Shown piece after piece: positions 26,605-36,249 of a stretch of DNA of 64,000 nt (its first letter is position 1; each line of letters begins with the position of its first letter). Both the position numbers and the translations under genes were made by a program. The stretch comes from Candidatus Latescibacterota bacterium (lineage in GTDB: Bacteria > Latescibacterota > UBA2968 > UBA8231): contig OZ253462.1 in assembly GCA_965261395.1 (NCBI GenBank), positions 3,040,001 through 3,104,000 of the forward strand. Reading direction: 5' to 3'. The notes under the pieces are model-generated. The model did no database searches and was not told the origin of the DNA. It saw only the letters and a program-made list of their open reading frames with translations.

Positions 26605-28672
26605 ATGCCGCCTGGCGCGCCGGAACGTCGCGGGGGGCGCGGGCGATCCACTGTTCGGCGAGGAGGAGGGCGAGGGCCAAAATCAGGCATTCGCGCCACA
26701 GCTCGCGGCCGTGGCGGTTGCCCAAGACCGCGAGGCGCAGGTCGTCGCCCGGGTTGAGGAAATGGACTTCTGAGTCCGCGAAAACGCTCCGTACGTACTC
26801 GGGTACTACGGGTGCGAGCGCGGACTCACGGGCGTCGAGGTTGACGGCGAACGCATCGACCTCAGTGCCCGAAACGCGCAGTCGCCAGATGCCCGCCTCG
26901 CCGACTTGGGGAATTTTCCACAAGTATTGGCCACCGACGCGCTCCGGCTCCAAATGCAGTCGCTCGCCCGACGGCGTCTCGGCCTCTACCACAGCTTCCA
27001 TTGGCACATCGGCCAAGCGGCGATAGATCGTTTCCCCAACTAAGTAGGCGGTGTGACGCTCGGGTGGCAGGCTCAGCTCGCGCACCAAGCGGTGCAGGAG
27101 AGGGGCGAACAGCCCGCGTTGGTGCAGGTCGTTCCACTGCGGGTCGATGGGGAAGGCCGCGAGTGCGACGCGCCCCTGCCCCTTCCAAGCTAGCGCCATG
27201 GCGAGTTGTCCGTCGCCGAAGCGAGCCAAGGGCAAGAGGTCGGGTGCGGGGACCATGGCGAAATAGGCGTAGAAACGCGGTTGATCTTCGTCGCTGGCGA
27301 GGAGGTCGTTGAAAAGCCGGTGGTGCGGCTCATCTCCGTCTAGGACTTGATAGTTGGTCGCGTTGTCAGGCGCGCCGATCCGGTCTTTGAAGCGCCCTGG
27401 GGTCAGGCCGGGCAAGAGGTCGCGGTTGTAGTAGCCGAGGTCGCTGTGTGGCGCGGGAAAGAGGACCACGCCCCCGCCGTCGGCGACGAACTCGTCCAAG
27501 GCTGCCTTTTGCACCGTGCTCAGCCGCGCAAGGTTGCAGAGTACGATCACATCTACTCCAGCGAGGGTGCTGGCGTCGAGGTTGGCAAAGAGATCGGTGC
27601 GGATTTTTACGACCGGATCGGAGAGAGCCGCCGCCCCGAGTGCTCGGCGTGCATAGTACGCGTCTTCGGGCTGCTCGCCCAACAGCAGCACAGTGATGGC
27701 GGTGGGCAGGTCGAGGGTGAAGTAGCGGCGGTTGTCGAGTGCGAGGGCGTCGTCGGCGAGCGCGACGTGTCCGCTCAGCCGCCCGGGCCGTCGCGGTGAG
27801 AAGTTGAGTGGTACTTGGGTCGTGCCCGGTGCTCCGGGATCCACGCTCTGGCGGCGCACGCGCTGACCATCGACAAAAAGGTCGAGTGTTGTGCCCTCGC
27901 CGCTGTGCGCGATTTCCGTTTGCAAAGCAACCTTGGCGTCGGCAGCGAGCATCCAACTTGGGGCCGTGACTCGCTTGACGTAGGCATTCGGTCGAGTCTG
28001 GGCGCGAGGGCCAGCGACATAGACGCGCGTGCCGGCAAAGGACGGGACCGAGTCATCGAGTTGATCCCAGCTATATTGGGCTAAATCGGTAAAGATAAAA
28101 AGTTCGTGCGCTAGTGCGGATTCTTGGTCTAAGCGTTGGGCCGCCGCGTGCAAGGCGGCGCGCAGGTCCGTCGCCTCTTGCGTCGGCGCGAGTTCGGCAA
28201 TGCGCTCGGCCAAGTAGGCGCGGTCGCCCGCAAAAGGAGCATAGGGTCGTTGAGCAAAAGGCTGCACTGCCACTTGATCGCGCGAGGGCAAAATGGCCAG
28301 CAGGTCGCCGAGCTGACGCTGGAGCTGGTCGAAGAAGGAGTCGCTGGAAGGCCGCTGGTAGCGGGTGCTGTACGACAGATCCAAAAGCGCGTGAACGGCT
28401 ATTGGGCGATCTCCGCCTCCCCACCCGCCGCCGGCCTGATACGTCGGGCGGGCAAAGGCCGCGACGATGAGCGCGATGATGAGCGTGCGCAGCAAGAGGA
28501 CCAGCCACTGGCGTAGCTGGAGCCGCCGCATGCGGTTTTGCTGTAGTTGGCGCAGAAAGGCGAAATCGCTGAAAGGATGGGGCTGAGCGCGCCCTCGATG
28601 CAGCAGGTGGATGGCTAGAGGTAGGGCGGCCGCGACTAGTCCGAAGAGGATCGCGGGATTGAGAAACTGCAA
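26603..28672 (-). CDS. BatA N-terminal domain / vWA-like membrane protein
   Basis: MQFLNP..LPLAIHLL..F..LLLLRTL..FARP; DLSYS; DALALDN; C-terminal TM. Confidence 0.85.
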   Translation of the reverse strand: MQFLNPAILFGLVAAALPLAIHLLHRGRAQPHPFSDFAFLRQLQQNRMRRLQLRQWLVLLLRTLIIALIVAAFARPTYQAGGGWGGGDRPIAVHALLDLSYSTRYQRPSSDSFFDQLQRQLGDLLAILPSRDQVAVQPFAQRPYAPFAGDRAYLAERIAELAPTQEATDLRAALHAAAQRLDQESALAHELFIFTDLAQYSWDQLDDSVPSFAGTRVYVAGPRAQTRPNAYVKRVTAPSWMLAADAKVALQTEIAHSGEGTTLDLFVDGQRVRRQSVDPGAPGTTQVPLNFSPRRPGRLSGHVALADDALALDNRRYFTLDLPTAITVLLLGEQPEDAYYARRALGAAALSDPVVKIRTDLFANLDASTLAGVDVIVLCNLARLSTVQKAALDEFVADGGGVVLFPAPHSDLGYYNRDLLPGLTPGRFKDRIGAPDNATNYQVLDGDEPHHRLFNDLLASDEDQPRFYAYFAMVPAPDLLPLARFGDGQLAMALAWKGQGRVALAAFPIDPQWNDLHQRGLFAPLLHRLVRELSLPPERHTAYLVGETIYRRLADVPMEAVVEAETPSGERLHLEPERVGGQYLWKIPQVGEAGIWRLRVSGTEVDAFAVNLDARESALAPVVPEYVRSVFADSEVHFLNPGDDLRLAVLGNRHGRELWRECLILALALLLAEQWIARAPRDVPARQAA

Positions 28673-28690
28673 GACGGGGAAGGGGCCGCG

Positions 28691-29170
28691 CTAGTTCGCA
28701 GCAGGAATATCGCGCTCTGCAACTTCGATGGTAGCGATGATTTCCTCGGCCGAATTTGCTTCGATGAGCTTCTTTTTGAACGCGTCGTTTTTGAGCAAGC
28801 GCGAAATCCGCGCCAGCGCCTTGATGTGGGGGCCGGAGACATTGGCCGGGGAAACCAGCAGGAAGAACACAAAAGCTGGCTCGCCGTCGAGGGCGTCGAA
28901 ATCAACCCCGCGCCGCTGGGTGCCCATGGCTGCGACCAGCTCGGTCACCGCGGCCGACTTGCCGTGGGGGATGGCGATGCCGTCGCCGATGCCCGTGCTC
29001 ATGATCTTTTCGCGGTCGAGTACGGCTTGCAATACCTGGTCGCGGTCGGTGATGGAGTCGCCGACTACGAGCGAGTTGACCAGCTCGGAGATGATGTCCT
29101 CTTTGGATTCTCCTTTGAGGTCAACTATGGTTGATTCGGGCGACAGTATATCCAACAGGTTCATGCGCAT
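28691..29170 (-). CDS. PTS EIIA (fructose/Ntr type)
   Basis: REKIMSTGIGDGIAIPH, DFDALDG, HIKALARISR. Confidence 0.92.
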   Translation of the reverse strand: MRMNLLDILSPESTIVDLKGESKEDIISELVNSLVVGDSITDRDQVLQAVLDREKIMSTGIGDGIAIPHGKSAAVTELVAAMGTQRRGVDFDALDGEPAFVFFLLVSPANVSGPHIKALARISRLLKNDAFKKKLIEANSAEEIIATIEVAERDIPAAN

Positions 29171-29231
29171 TATCTCCGGGTGATTTGTTGAAAAATAAGC
29201 CATCTCCACAACATTCGTCAACTACTCATTA

Positions 29232-29729
29232 TCATTGAGTTATGGCTTTTACGAGTCGCGGCACCACGAAATAGAGCAAGCGCCCGCGACTGATTTCTTG
29301 CCAAGAGTGGATGCCCAATTCGACCGCGGCTAGACCCGCGGTCGGCAGGTGGATGTGTGCGCCGGTTAGCTCGCGGATCCACTCCTCCTGACCTGGGTTG
29401 TGGGCGATGATGAGGCCGATTTGCGCGCTGTCCGGCAAGCCGGCCGCCGCTTGGGTCAAGGTGCTGGGGGACGAGAGGTAAAGCGCGTCGTCCAAGTGCA
29501 AGACACTCGCCGGTAGGCCGAGGGATTCGACCAGGCCGGTGGCTGTCTGGTGCGCCCGGCGCGCGGCCGAGGCCAGCACTACCTCGGGGCGCGGGCCGTA
29601 CGCTGCGAGCAGGCGGGCGATGCGCGGCAAATCCGCGCGACCGCGCTTGTTGAGCGGACGGTCGAAATCGTCGCTTATCCCGGGGGGATAATCCGACTTG
29701 GCGTGGCGCATGATTAGCAAGGTCTTCAT
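29232..29729 (-). CDS. sixA: SixA-type phosphohistidine phosphatase
   Basis: MRHAKS, DFDRPL, RAHQT, HNPG. Confidence 0.85.
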   Translation of the reverse strand: MKTLLIMRHAKSDYPPGISDDFDRPLNKRGRADLPRIARLLAAYGPRPEVVLASAARRAHQTATGLVESLGLPASVLHLDDALYLSSPSTLTQAAAGLPDSAQIGLIIAHNPGQEEWIRELTGAHIHLPTAGLAAVELGIHSWQEISRGRLLYFVVPRLVKAITQ

Positions 29730-29731
29730 GG

Positions 29732-29765
29732 GAATTAGGAATTGAGAATTAGGAATTGAGAATTA
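29732..29765. repeat. Short tandem heptamer repeat (GAATTAG/GAATTGA)
   Basis: GAATTAGGAATTGA x ~2.4. Confidence 0.8.
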
Positions 29766-29889
29766 TTAACTCGTAATTCGCAATTGGGAACGTATTGGTT
29801 GCGTGAGCATTTACTAGAGGGTATTTTTGTTAGCAGCAAGATAGTGTGTGCCTGCACTTGATACAAACGCGACTCAGGATTTGTAATCT

Positions 29890-30960
29890 ATGGCTCCGCA
29901 ACCCGTAGAGCTCAATCTAACCATCCGCCCCCAGCGGCGCTTTGCAATCATCGACATCGCCGAGCTGATCCGCGAGCAAGTCGGCGACGAACTGCGCCCC
30001 TTTCGCAAAGCCGCGTACTGTTCGTTGCACACCACGGCTGGCTATATAGAGCAGGGCATGTGTAGGCGTTTGGGCCACAGCCGCAAGCAGATCGACCCAT
30101 TCATCCGCGCCATCAAAAAGATATTTCCCTACAACGCTGGCTATTTCCACGACCGCATGCAGCTACGCGACGAGCTCAGCGAAGGCGAAAAGGAGAAGGA
30201 GCCGGTCAACGCCGACTCGCACCTGACTTTTATCGCCGCGGGTCTCAAAAACTGCGTGACCTATATCCATCGCCCTGAGCAGCCGGTGTACTTCATTGAG
30301 CTAGACGGCATCTACAAGCACTACGTGCGCAGCAGGCACACCGCAGTCATGGCCTACAACCACACCGAAATCGTGCATCGCGGTCGGGTGGAGATTCCGG
30401 TGGGTGGCAGTCATGCGATTGACGCCTTCAACCTCAAGGACCCGCGCTACGGCCTCTTTGCAACGCTCGCCGAGCGGTTGCGGCAATCCGGCATAGACAA
30501 AGGCTGCATCGACATCCGCCTCGCCCCGGAGGAAAAGCACGTCGGCATGACCGTCAACGAGTACGAGACCTTGTTGATGCGCAACGACTTGCCCCAGGCC
30601 CTCAGCGATCCGCTGCGCTACGTGCTCCAGCACGGCAAGCGCCTCCTGCGGCACCCGGCCTCCATCCCCGGCAAAATGCACGCGTACGCGGCCTACGATT
30701 CCCTGCGCTTCTACAACGAATTGCTCGACCAAGTTCCGATGGGGCGGTCGGTCATCGACCGCATCTTTTCGGTGCTATCAACGCCGGCCCAGCGCATCTT
30801 GCGCCTGAAGCGCCACATCCGGCTGCTGATCTCAGACAGCGCGGGAGCCGGGGCAGATCGCATCCTGCAGGGCACCTACCAAAGCCCGATTCTGGTGCAG
30901 CACCAACCGGCGGCGGGCGGCGTGCGCGCGCTCGACATCACCCTGCGTCGCTTCGTCTGA
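29890..30960 (+). CDS. Hypothetical protein, probable tandem YjbQ (UPF0047)-like domains
   Basis: HTTAG, NADSHL, FIELDG in the first half; GMTVNE, GTYQS in the second half. Confidence 0.55.
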   Translation: MAPQPVELNLTIRPQRRFAIIDIAELIREQVGDELRPFRKAAYCSLHTTAGYIEQGMCRRLGHSRKQIDPFIRAIKKIFPYNAGYFHDRMQLRDELSEGEKEKEPVNADSHLTFIAAGLKNCVTYIHRPEQPVYFIELDGIYKHYVRSRHTAVMAYNHTEIVHRGRVEIPVGGSHAIDAFNLKDPRYGLFATLAERLRQSGIDKGCIDIRLAPEEKHVGMTVNEYETLLMRNDLPQALSDPLRYVLQHGKRLLRHPASIPGKMHAYAAYDSLRFYNELLDQVPMGRSVIDRIFSVLSTPAQRILRLKRHIRLLISDSAGAGADRILQGTYQSPILVQHQPAAGGVRALDITLRRFV

Positions 30961-30962
30961 GC

Positions 30963-32303
30963 ATGCAGGTCGATCCTTCCATCTTCAAAGCGTACGACAT
31001 CCGCGGCATCTATCCCGACCCCCTGAGCGAAGAAGTGGCCTACGCCATAGGCCGCGCCTTTGTGGCACTGCTGAAGTGCGAGGAGGTCGTCGTGGGGCGC
31101 GACATGCGCCTTTCGAGTCCGGCGATAAAAGAGCACCTCTTGCGCGGCCTCATCGATCAAGGCGCGGACGTCATCGACATCGGCATGGTCGGCACCGATC
31201 AATACTACTATGCTTGCGCCACCTTGGACCGTCCGGGAGCAATGGTGACGGCTTCGCACAACCCGCCCGAATACTGCGGCTTCAAGATGGTGCGCCAAAT
31301 GCCCTATTTGCTCAGCGGTGAATCCGGGATCCAAGACCTGCGCCGCCTCGTGGAGGAGGAAAGCTGGGGCGTGAGTCAGAGGCAGGGCGCGGTTCGGGCC
31401 GAGGACGTGGAACAGGGTTTTACCGACAAGGTGTTGAGCCTCGTAGATCTGGCCCGCATCAAGCCGCTCAAGGTGGTGGCCGACACGGGCAACGGCATGG
31501 TCGGGCCGATCCTGCAAGACGTGTATGAGCGGTTGCCCATCGAATTTATCGGCATGTATCTAGAGCCGGATGGCCGGCTGCCCAACCACGGCCTCGACCC
31601 CATGCAGCCGGAAAACCGCGCCGACTTGGAGCGCCGCGTCCTAGCCGAAGGCGCAGACGTTGGCTTTGCCTTTGACGGCGACGGCGACCGCTTTTTCATC
31701 ATTGATGACCGGGGCCGCTTCGTGCCCGGCGACTTTGTGACCGCGCTGATGGCCTGCTACATGCTAGAGCGCCATCCCAGCACCAAGATAGTGTACGATG
31801 TGCGCTGCTCGTGGGCCGTGCCCGACCTCGTAAAAGCAGCCGGTGGCACCCCACTGATCGAGCGCGTAGGGCATTCGTTCCTCAAGCCGCGGATGTTTGA
31901 GGAAGGAGCCGTTTTCGCGGGCGAGCTGAGCGGTCATTACTACTTCCGCGAGTTCTTTGGCGCGGATTCTGGCATCGTGCCCTCGCTGGTGATGCTGGAG
32001 TTGCTGTCGCAGCGCGGGGTTAAGCTCTCCGAGCTGCTCGCCCCGCTAGAGCGCCAGTACTTCCCGTCCTCTGAGATCAACTCCAAGGTTGCGGACCCCG
32101 CCGCCAAAATCGCGGCCCTAGCCGACCGCTACCAAGACGGCCGCATCCTGCGTCTCGACGGGATTTCGGTCAGCTACGACGACTGGCACTTCAACGTGCG
32201 ACCCTCCAATACCGAGCCGCTGTTGCGACTCAACCTAGAGGCCCTCTCTGCAGAGCGCATGGCCGAGAAGCGGGACGAGGTCCTCGCCTTTATTCGCGCG
32301 TAA
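30963..32303 (+). CDS. Phosphomannomutase/phosphoglucomutase
   Basis: FKAYDIRG, TASHNP, DGDGDR, GELSGH. Confidence 0.95.
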   Translation: MQVDPSIFKAYDIRGIYPDPLSEEVAYAIGRAFVALLKCEEVVVGRDMRLSSPAIKEHLLRGLIDQGADVIDIGMVGTDQYYYACATLDRPGAMVTASHNPPEYCGFKMVRQMPYLLSGESGIQDLRRLVEEESWGVSQRQGAVRAEDVEQGFTDKVLSLVDLARIKPLKVVADTGNGMVGPILQDVYERLPIEFIGMYLEPDGRLPNHGLDPMQPENRADLERRVLAEGADVGFAFDGDGDRFFIIDDRGRFVPGDFVTALMACYMLERHPSTKIVYDVRCSWAVPDLVKAAGGTPLIERVGHSFLKPRMFEEGAVFAGELSGHYYFREFFGADSGIVPSLVMLELLSQRGVKLSELLAPLERQYFPSSEINSKVADPAAKIAALADRYQDGRILRLDGISVSYDDWHFNVRPSNTEPLLRLNLEALSAERMAEKRDEVLAFIRA

Positions 32304-32306
32304 ATT

Positions 32307-33764
32307 ATGACGGCCCCCGCCCCTAAGATCCCGTGGGCTTTCGCCCTCGACCGCCGCTACTTTGCGGCATTTTTGGTTTTCCAAGGCGCGGTGGTCGCTG
32401 GCAGCATCTTCGTTTTCGAATTCCTCCCGGCCCTCCTCATCGGCGCGCTCTGCGTCGCGTTTTTTGTCGCGGGCCTGATGCTGAGGCCGTGGATCGTCGT
32501 CCCAATTTTGTTGCTGACGACGGCCCTCGACAGCACTGGTCGGCTGTTCGGCGAGTCCGGCCCTTCAAAAGACATCTTCTTGCTGACGGGGTTTCACTTG
32601 GCCTTCGGGCTGATGGTCGTCGGCTTGGCCGCCAACATCTGTCTGCGGCAACGCATGCACTTTCCCGACTTCGAGATTAAGGTACCGCTCTTTTTGTTCC
32701 TCGCGTCTATTGCGGTGTCGCTGACGTACACGCCCAATCAGCCGGCTGCAACCGTCAGCTTCTTGCGGATTTGCGCCCTCGTGCTCTTCACCTACATGGT
32801 GCAAATCACGCTCGACTCTAGGCGGACCGTGTCCGCGGTCTTATGGTCCCTAGTGGTCTTGACGATAGCGGGCTCAGTGATGGGGGCCTATCAGGTCATC
32901 ACCGGCCAATTCCACCTGCCGGCCAAGGTCATCACCGCCTTGGGCGGCAACGTGCCGCGGGCGACGGGGGCCTTTCACAACCCCAACATCTTTGCCTCGT
33001 TTGTAATGAGCGGCGTCCTGCCGCTGTTGGCCGTCTTGCTCAATTATCGACTGCCTAGGGGCCAGCGGGCGCTTTTTGCTTTGTCGATCGTCATCGGCAT
33101 TGGCGGGCTGTTGGCCTCGTTTAGCCGCTCTAGCTGGGTGTCAACCCTGGCCGGCGTGCTCGTCATCCTCTGGTTGAGCGGCAAGCTGCGCTATTTTTTT
33201 ATCGTAGTTTTTGCCTCTATCCTGCTGGTGCTCGGCCTCAAAGAATTCGTGCCTTATGCCGAGTACATCTTCGAGCGCTTCGCCTCCATCTTTACCTTGT
33301 TTGATGAGTTCGGCTCGACCGGCCGCGCTTCGAGTACGGCGCGCATTTATCTCGTCATGGCCTCGCTCGACATGTTTTTGGACCATCCGTTCTTGGGCGT
33401 TGGTTGGCGGGCCTTCCCGGTCGTATTCTCCGAATACGCGCCGCCCGGATATCCCCACTGGACCCTAGTAAAAGAGTCGCACACTATAGTGACTGCGGTC
33501 TTGGGCGAACTAGGCATCGTTGGTTTCGCGGCTTTTGTCTGGTTTGTCGGGAAGACGTTCTTTTTGAGCTTGGGGCGCTTGCAGCAGATGCAGGATTCCT
33601 ATTTACGCGCCGTAGCCATCGGCTTGATCGCCACGTTTGTCGCCTTCCAGGTCAATCAGTCGTTCAATGGCGACCTGCCCAGCAACATGTTTTGGTTCTA
33701 CATCGGCATGCTCTTCGCCGTGCAGCGGCTCGACGCGGACGCGCGTGCGCCGTTAAGGTCTTAG
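32307..33764 (+). CDS. O-antigen ligase/Wzy_C family polymerase
   Basis: Many TM helices; RATGAF.NPN, SRS, HPFLGVG. Confidence 0.85.
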   Translation: MTAPAPKIPWAFALDRRYFAAFLVFQGAVVAGSIFVFEFLPALLIGALCVAFFVAGLMLRPWIVVPILLLTTALDSTGRLFGESGPSKDIFLLTGFHLAFGLMVVGLAANICLRQRMHFPDFEIKVPLFLFLASIAVSLTYTPNQPAATVSFLRICALVLFTYMVQITLDSRRTVSAVLWSLVVLTIAGSVMGAYQVITGQFHLPAKVITALGGNVPRATGAFHNPNIFASFVMSGVLPLLAVLLNYRLPRGQRALFALSIVIGIGGLLASFSRSSWVSTLAGVLVILWLSGKLRYFFIVVFASILLVLGLKEFVPYAEYIFERFASIFTLFDEFGSTGRASSTARIYLVMASLDMFLDHPFLGVGWRAFPVVFSEYAPPGYPHWTLVKESHTIVTAVLGELGIVGFAAFVWFVGKTFFLSLGRLQQMQDSYLRAVAIGLIATFVAFQVNQSFNGDLPSNMFWFYIGMLFAVQRLDADARAPLRS

Positions 33765-33810
33765 TCCCCTGTTTGCCGTGCCGGCGCTTTGAAGAACGCG
33801 AGGATCAATC

Positions 33811-34968
33811 GTGAAAGTTTTGCTGCTATCGCACCTCTACCCCAACGTCATATCTAAGATCTACGGCAGTTTCGTCCACAACCAGGCGCGCTTCCTCAAA
33901 GAGCATTGTCAAATAGAGGTAGTGGCACCCGTACCTTGGTTTCCCCTGCCGGGGTTTGGGTTGTGGAGTGCCTATCGCCATGTCCCACGCCGCGAAGTGC
34001 TGGACGGGATCGAGGTGCGGCATCCCCGCCGCTTCGCCGTACCACGGCGGATTTTCTTTACCCAGCAGTGGCGTTTTCACCTCAAGGCTTTGCTCAACGC
34101 TGTTGAGGGTGTGCCGGACATCATCCACGCGCACTGCGCCTATCCCGACGGCCGGGCCGCTGTTGAGTACGGCGCACAAACCGGTCGGCCCGTAGTCATC
34201 ACGGTCCACGGTTCCGACATCAAGATCCTGCCCAAGCTCAAGTCCCAATGGCGACAACTGATCGCTGAGGCCCTAACGCAAGCCGCGGCCGTTATTGCCG
34301 TCAGCCAAGAGCTGCGCCGCGAGGTCCTGCAATTGGGCGTCCCGGCCGACAAGGTTCGCTGCATTCCCAACGGCGTTGACTGTCGGCTCTTTTCGGCGAC
34401 CGGGTCGCACCAGCCCGGTAAAGATGGGTGGCGCCTACTTTATGTGGGCCGATTTGTCGAGGCAAAGGGATTGCGCGTCTTGCTGGAGGCACTGGCTAAA
34501 GTGCGCAGTCAAGGCCGCGACGTCTCGTTGACCTTGATCGGCGGCCACCCTGCGACTGGGACCGCTCATCCTTTCCTACCTCAAGTCAAGGCCTTGAACC
34601 TGTCCGAGCACGTGTCGTTCGAGGACGCGGTGCCTTGGGAGGAACTACCCCCCTATATGGCCGCCGCCGATCTGTTCGTCCTGCCTAGTTTTAGCGAGGG
34701 CCTGACCACGTCGCTGGTCGAGGCCATGGCCTGTGGCCTGCCCGTGGTCGCCACGCGCTGCGGTGGGCCGGAGGAAGTCGTCAATGAGGAGGTCGGACGG
34801 CTAGTGGCGGTCGGCGACGCGGAGGACTTAGCGGCGGGCATCCTCGCGGTGCTAGAAAATTACGACCGCTACGACCGCGAGGCGATTCGCCAGCAGGCCG
34901 AGGCGCGCTACGACTATCGCCAAGTGGCGGCGCAGATCCACGCGCTGTACGAGGACGTGCTGCGTTAG
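33811..34968 (+). CDS. GT4 glycosyltransferase
   Basis: TVHGSD, IPNGVD, EG...VEAMACGLPVV. Confidence 0.92.
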   Translation: MKVLLLSHLYPNVISKIYGSFVHNQARFLKEHCQIEVVAPVPWFPLPGFGLWSAYRHVPRREVLDGIEVRHPRRFAVPRRIFFTQQWRFHLKALLNAVEGVPDIIHAHCAYPDGRAAVEYGAQTGRPVVITVHGSDIKILPKLKSQWRQLIAEALTQAAAVIAVSQELRREVLQLGVPADKVRCIPNGVDCRLFSATGSHQPGKDGWRLLYVGRFVEAKGLRVLLEALAKVRSQGRDVSLTLIGGHPATGTAHPFLPQVKALNLSEHVSFEDAVPWEELPPYMAAADLFVLPSFSEGLTTSLVEAMACGLPVVATRCGGPEEVVNEEVGRLVAVGDAEDLAAGILAVLENYDRYDREAIRQQAEARYDYRQVAAQIHALYEDVLR

Positions 34969-35044
34969 GACTGCTTGGGGACGCGGGTTTGGCCGGCAAA
35001 AGTGCGGTCGTGGAATTGGGCTTCTCGCCGCAAGCGGTCGTCGG

Positions 35045-36151
35045 TCATGGCAAAATTTCCGCGTACAAGTTCAGCAGCTTCTCGGCCTGCGTCTCCCAAT
35101 TGTAAGTCGTCCGCGCGGCCTCCCGCCCGTTTTCCCCCATTTGCTGTGCCGCTGCTGGATGTTCCCACAAATAGCGCACGGCCGCGGCCGCGGCGGCCCG
35201 ATCTTGTGGATCGACGCAAAGGCCGCACTCGGCCCCTTCGACGATCTGGCGCAGGTTGGGAAAATCCGCGCAGAGGACCGGGATGCCGTAGGCCATGTAC
35301 TCGAAAATTTTGGTCAGTTCCTTGCGGCGGGTGTGGGGGCTGGGCGGGAAAAGGGCCAAACCCGCGGTCCAACGCTCGCGGAGATAGTAGCGCACGATGC
35401 GCTGATGGGGCACGTACGAGCCGATGCCTTCAAAGTGGAGGCGCGGGCCGCGCAAGTCCGCGGCGAGCCTCGGGCTGCAGCGGCCGACGAAAAAAAGCTC
35501 GGCTTCGGGCACATCCTGCAAGAGCCGCGCGTGGTGGTGTGCACCGCGATACGCCTTGACGTTGCCGGTGTAGATCAGGCGCGGGTGCCCGGCGCTGGGG
35601 CGGGCCGCGAGTTGGGCGGGGTCTAGTGCTGGGAAGCGCGTGTAGTTGAGAACCGTCGCGCCGCGCGGGAAGCGCTCGGCGTAATAGCGCTCGGCCAAGA
35701 CGAGGTGAAAAAAGCGGCTGGTGCCTTGTTCGGCCCAAGCCATTGCCCGAGCGAACGCTGCACGCAAAAAGGCCGGTAGATATTCGCGCTCCTCGATGGC
35801 GGTGCGGTTGTCTTCGTGGATGTCGTACACCACGCGCTTGCCGAGCAGGCGGAGGAGGAGGCCGGCGGGGATGAGTTCCGGGTCGTGGAAGTGGTAGAGG
35901 TCTGCGCGCGTGGTTAAGGCCCGCCAAAAGGCCGCCCCCACGCCCAAGCTCATGCGGGCGAACCGCTTGCCGCAGTAGGGCAAGGCGATAAACTCAACGT
36001 CGTCAACCGGCCCGTCGCTCCCGCCGGGGGCCACGAGCACCACGTCGTACCCGGCCGCAGCCAAGGTCTTGCATTCGCGGTGAAAGATGCGGTTGTCAAA
36101 GGGGTTGTGGACGGTGGTGAGGTGGACGACTCTAGGCACGGCTAATTCCAT
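35045..36151 (-). CDS. GT4 glycosyltransferase
   Basis: DNRIF, HFHDPEL, YDIHED, KIFEYMAYGIP. Confidence 0.9.
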   Translation of the reverse strand: MELAVPRVVHLTTVHNPFDNRIFHRECKTLAAAGYDVVLVAPGGSDGPVDDVEFIALPYCGKRFARMSLGVGAAFWRALTTRADLYHFHDPELIPAGLLLRLLGKRVVYDIHEDNRTAIEEREYLPAFLRAAFARAMAWAEQGTSRFFHLVLAERYYAERFPRGATVLNYTRFPALDPAQLAARPSAGHPRLIYTGNVKAYRGAHHHARLLQDVPEAELFFVGRCSPRLAADLRGPRLHFEGIGSYVPHQRIVRYYLRERWTAGLALFPPSPHTRRKELTKIFEYMAYGIPVLCADFPNLRQIVEGAECGLCVDPQDRAAAAAAVRYLWEHPAAAQQMGENGREAARTTYNWETQAEKLLNLYAEILP

Positions 36152-36249
36152 CCAGCGCGATCGGCGCACGGTTGCATAAATGACTACAAATGACGAAAAT
36201 ATAATAAGATAAGATATATCGTAACACTGTTTTCTACCGCTGGATTCCC

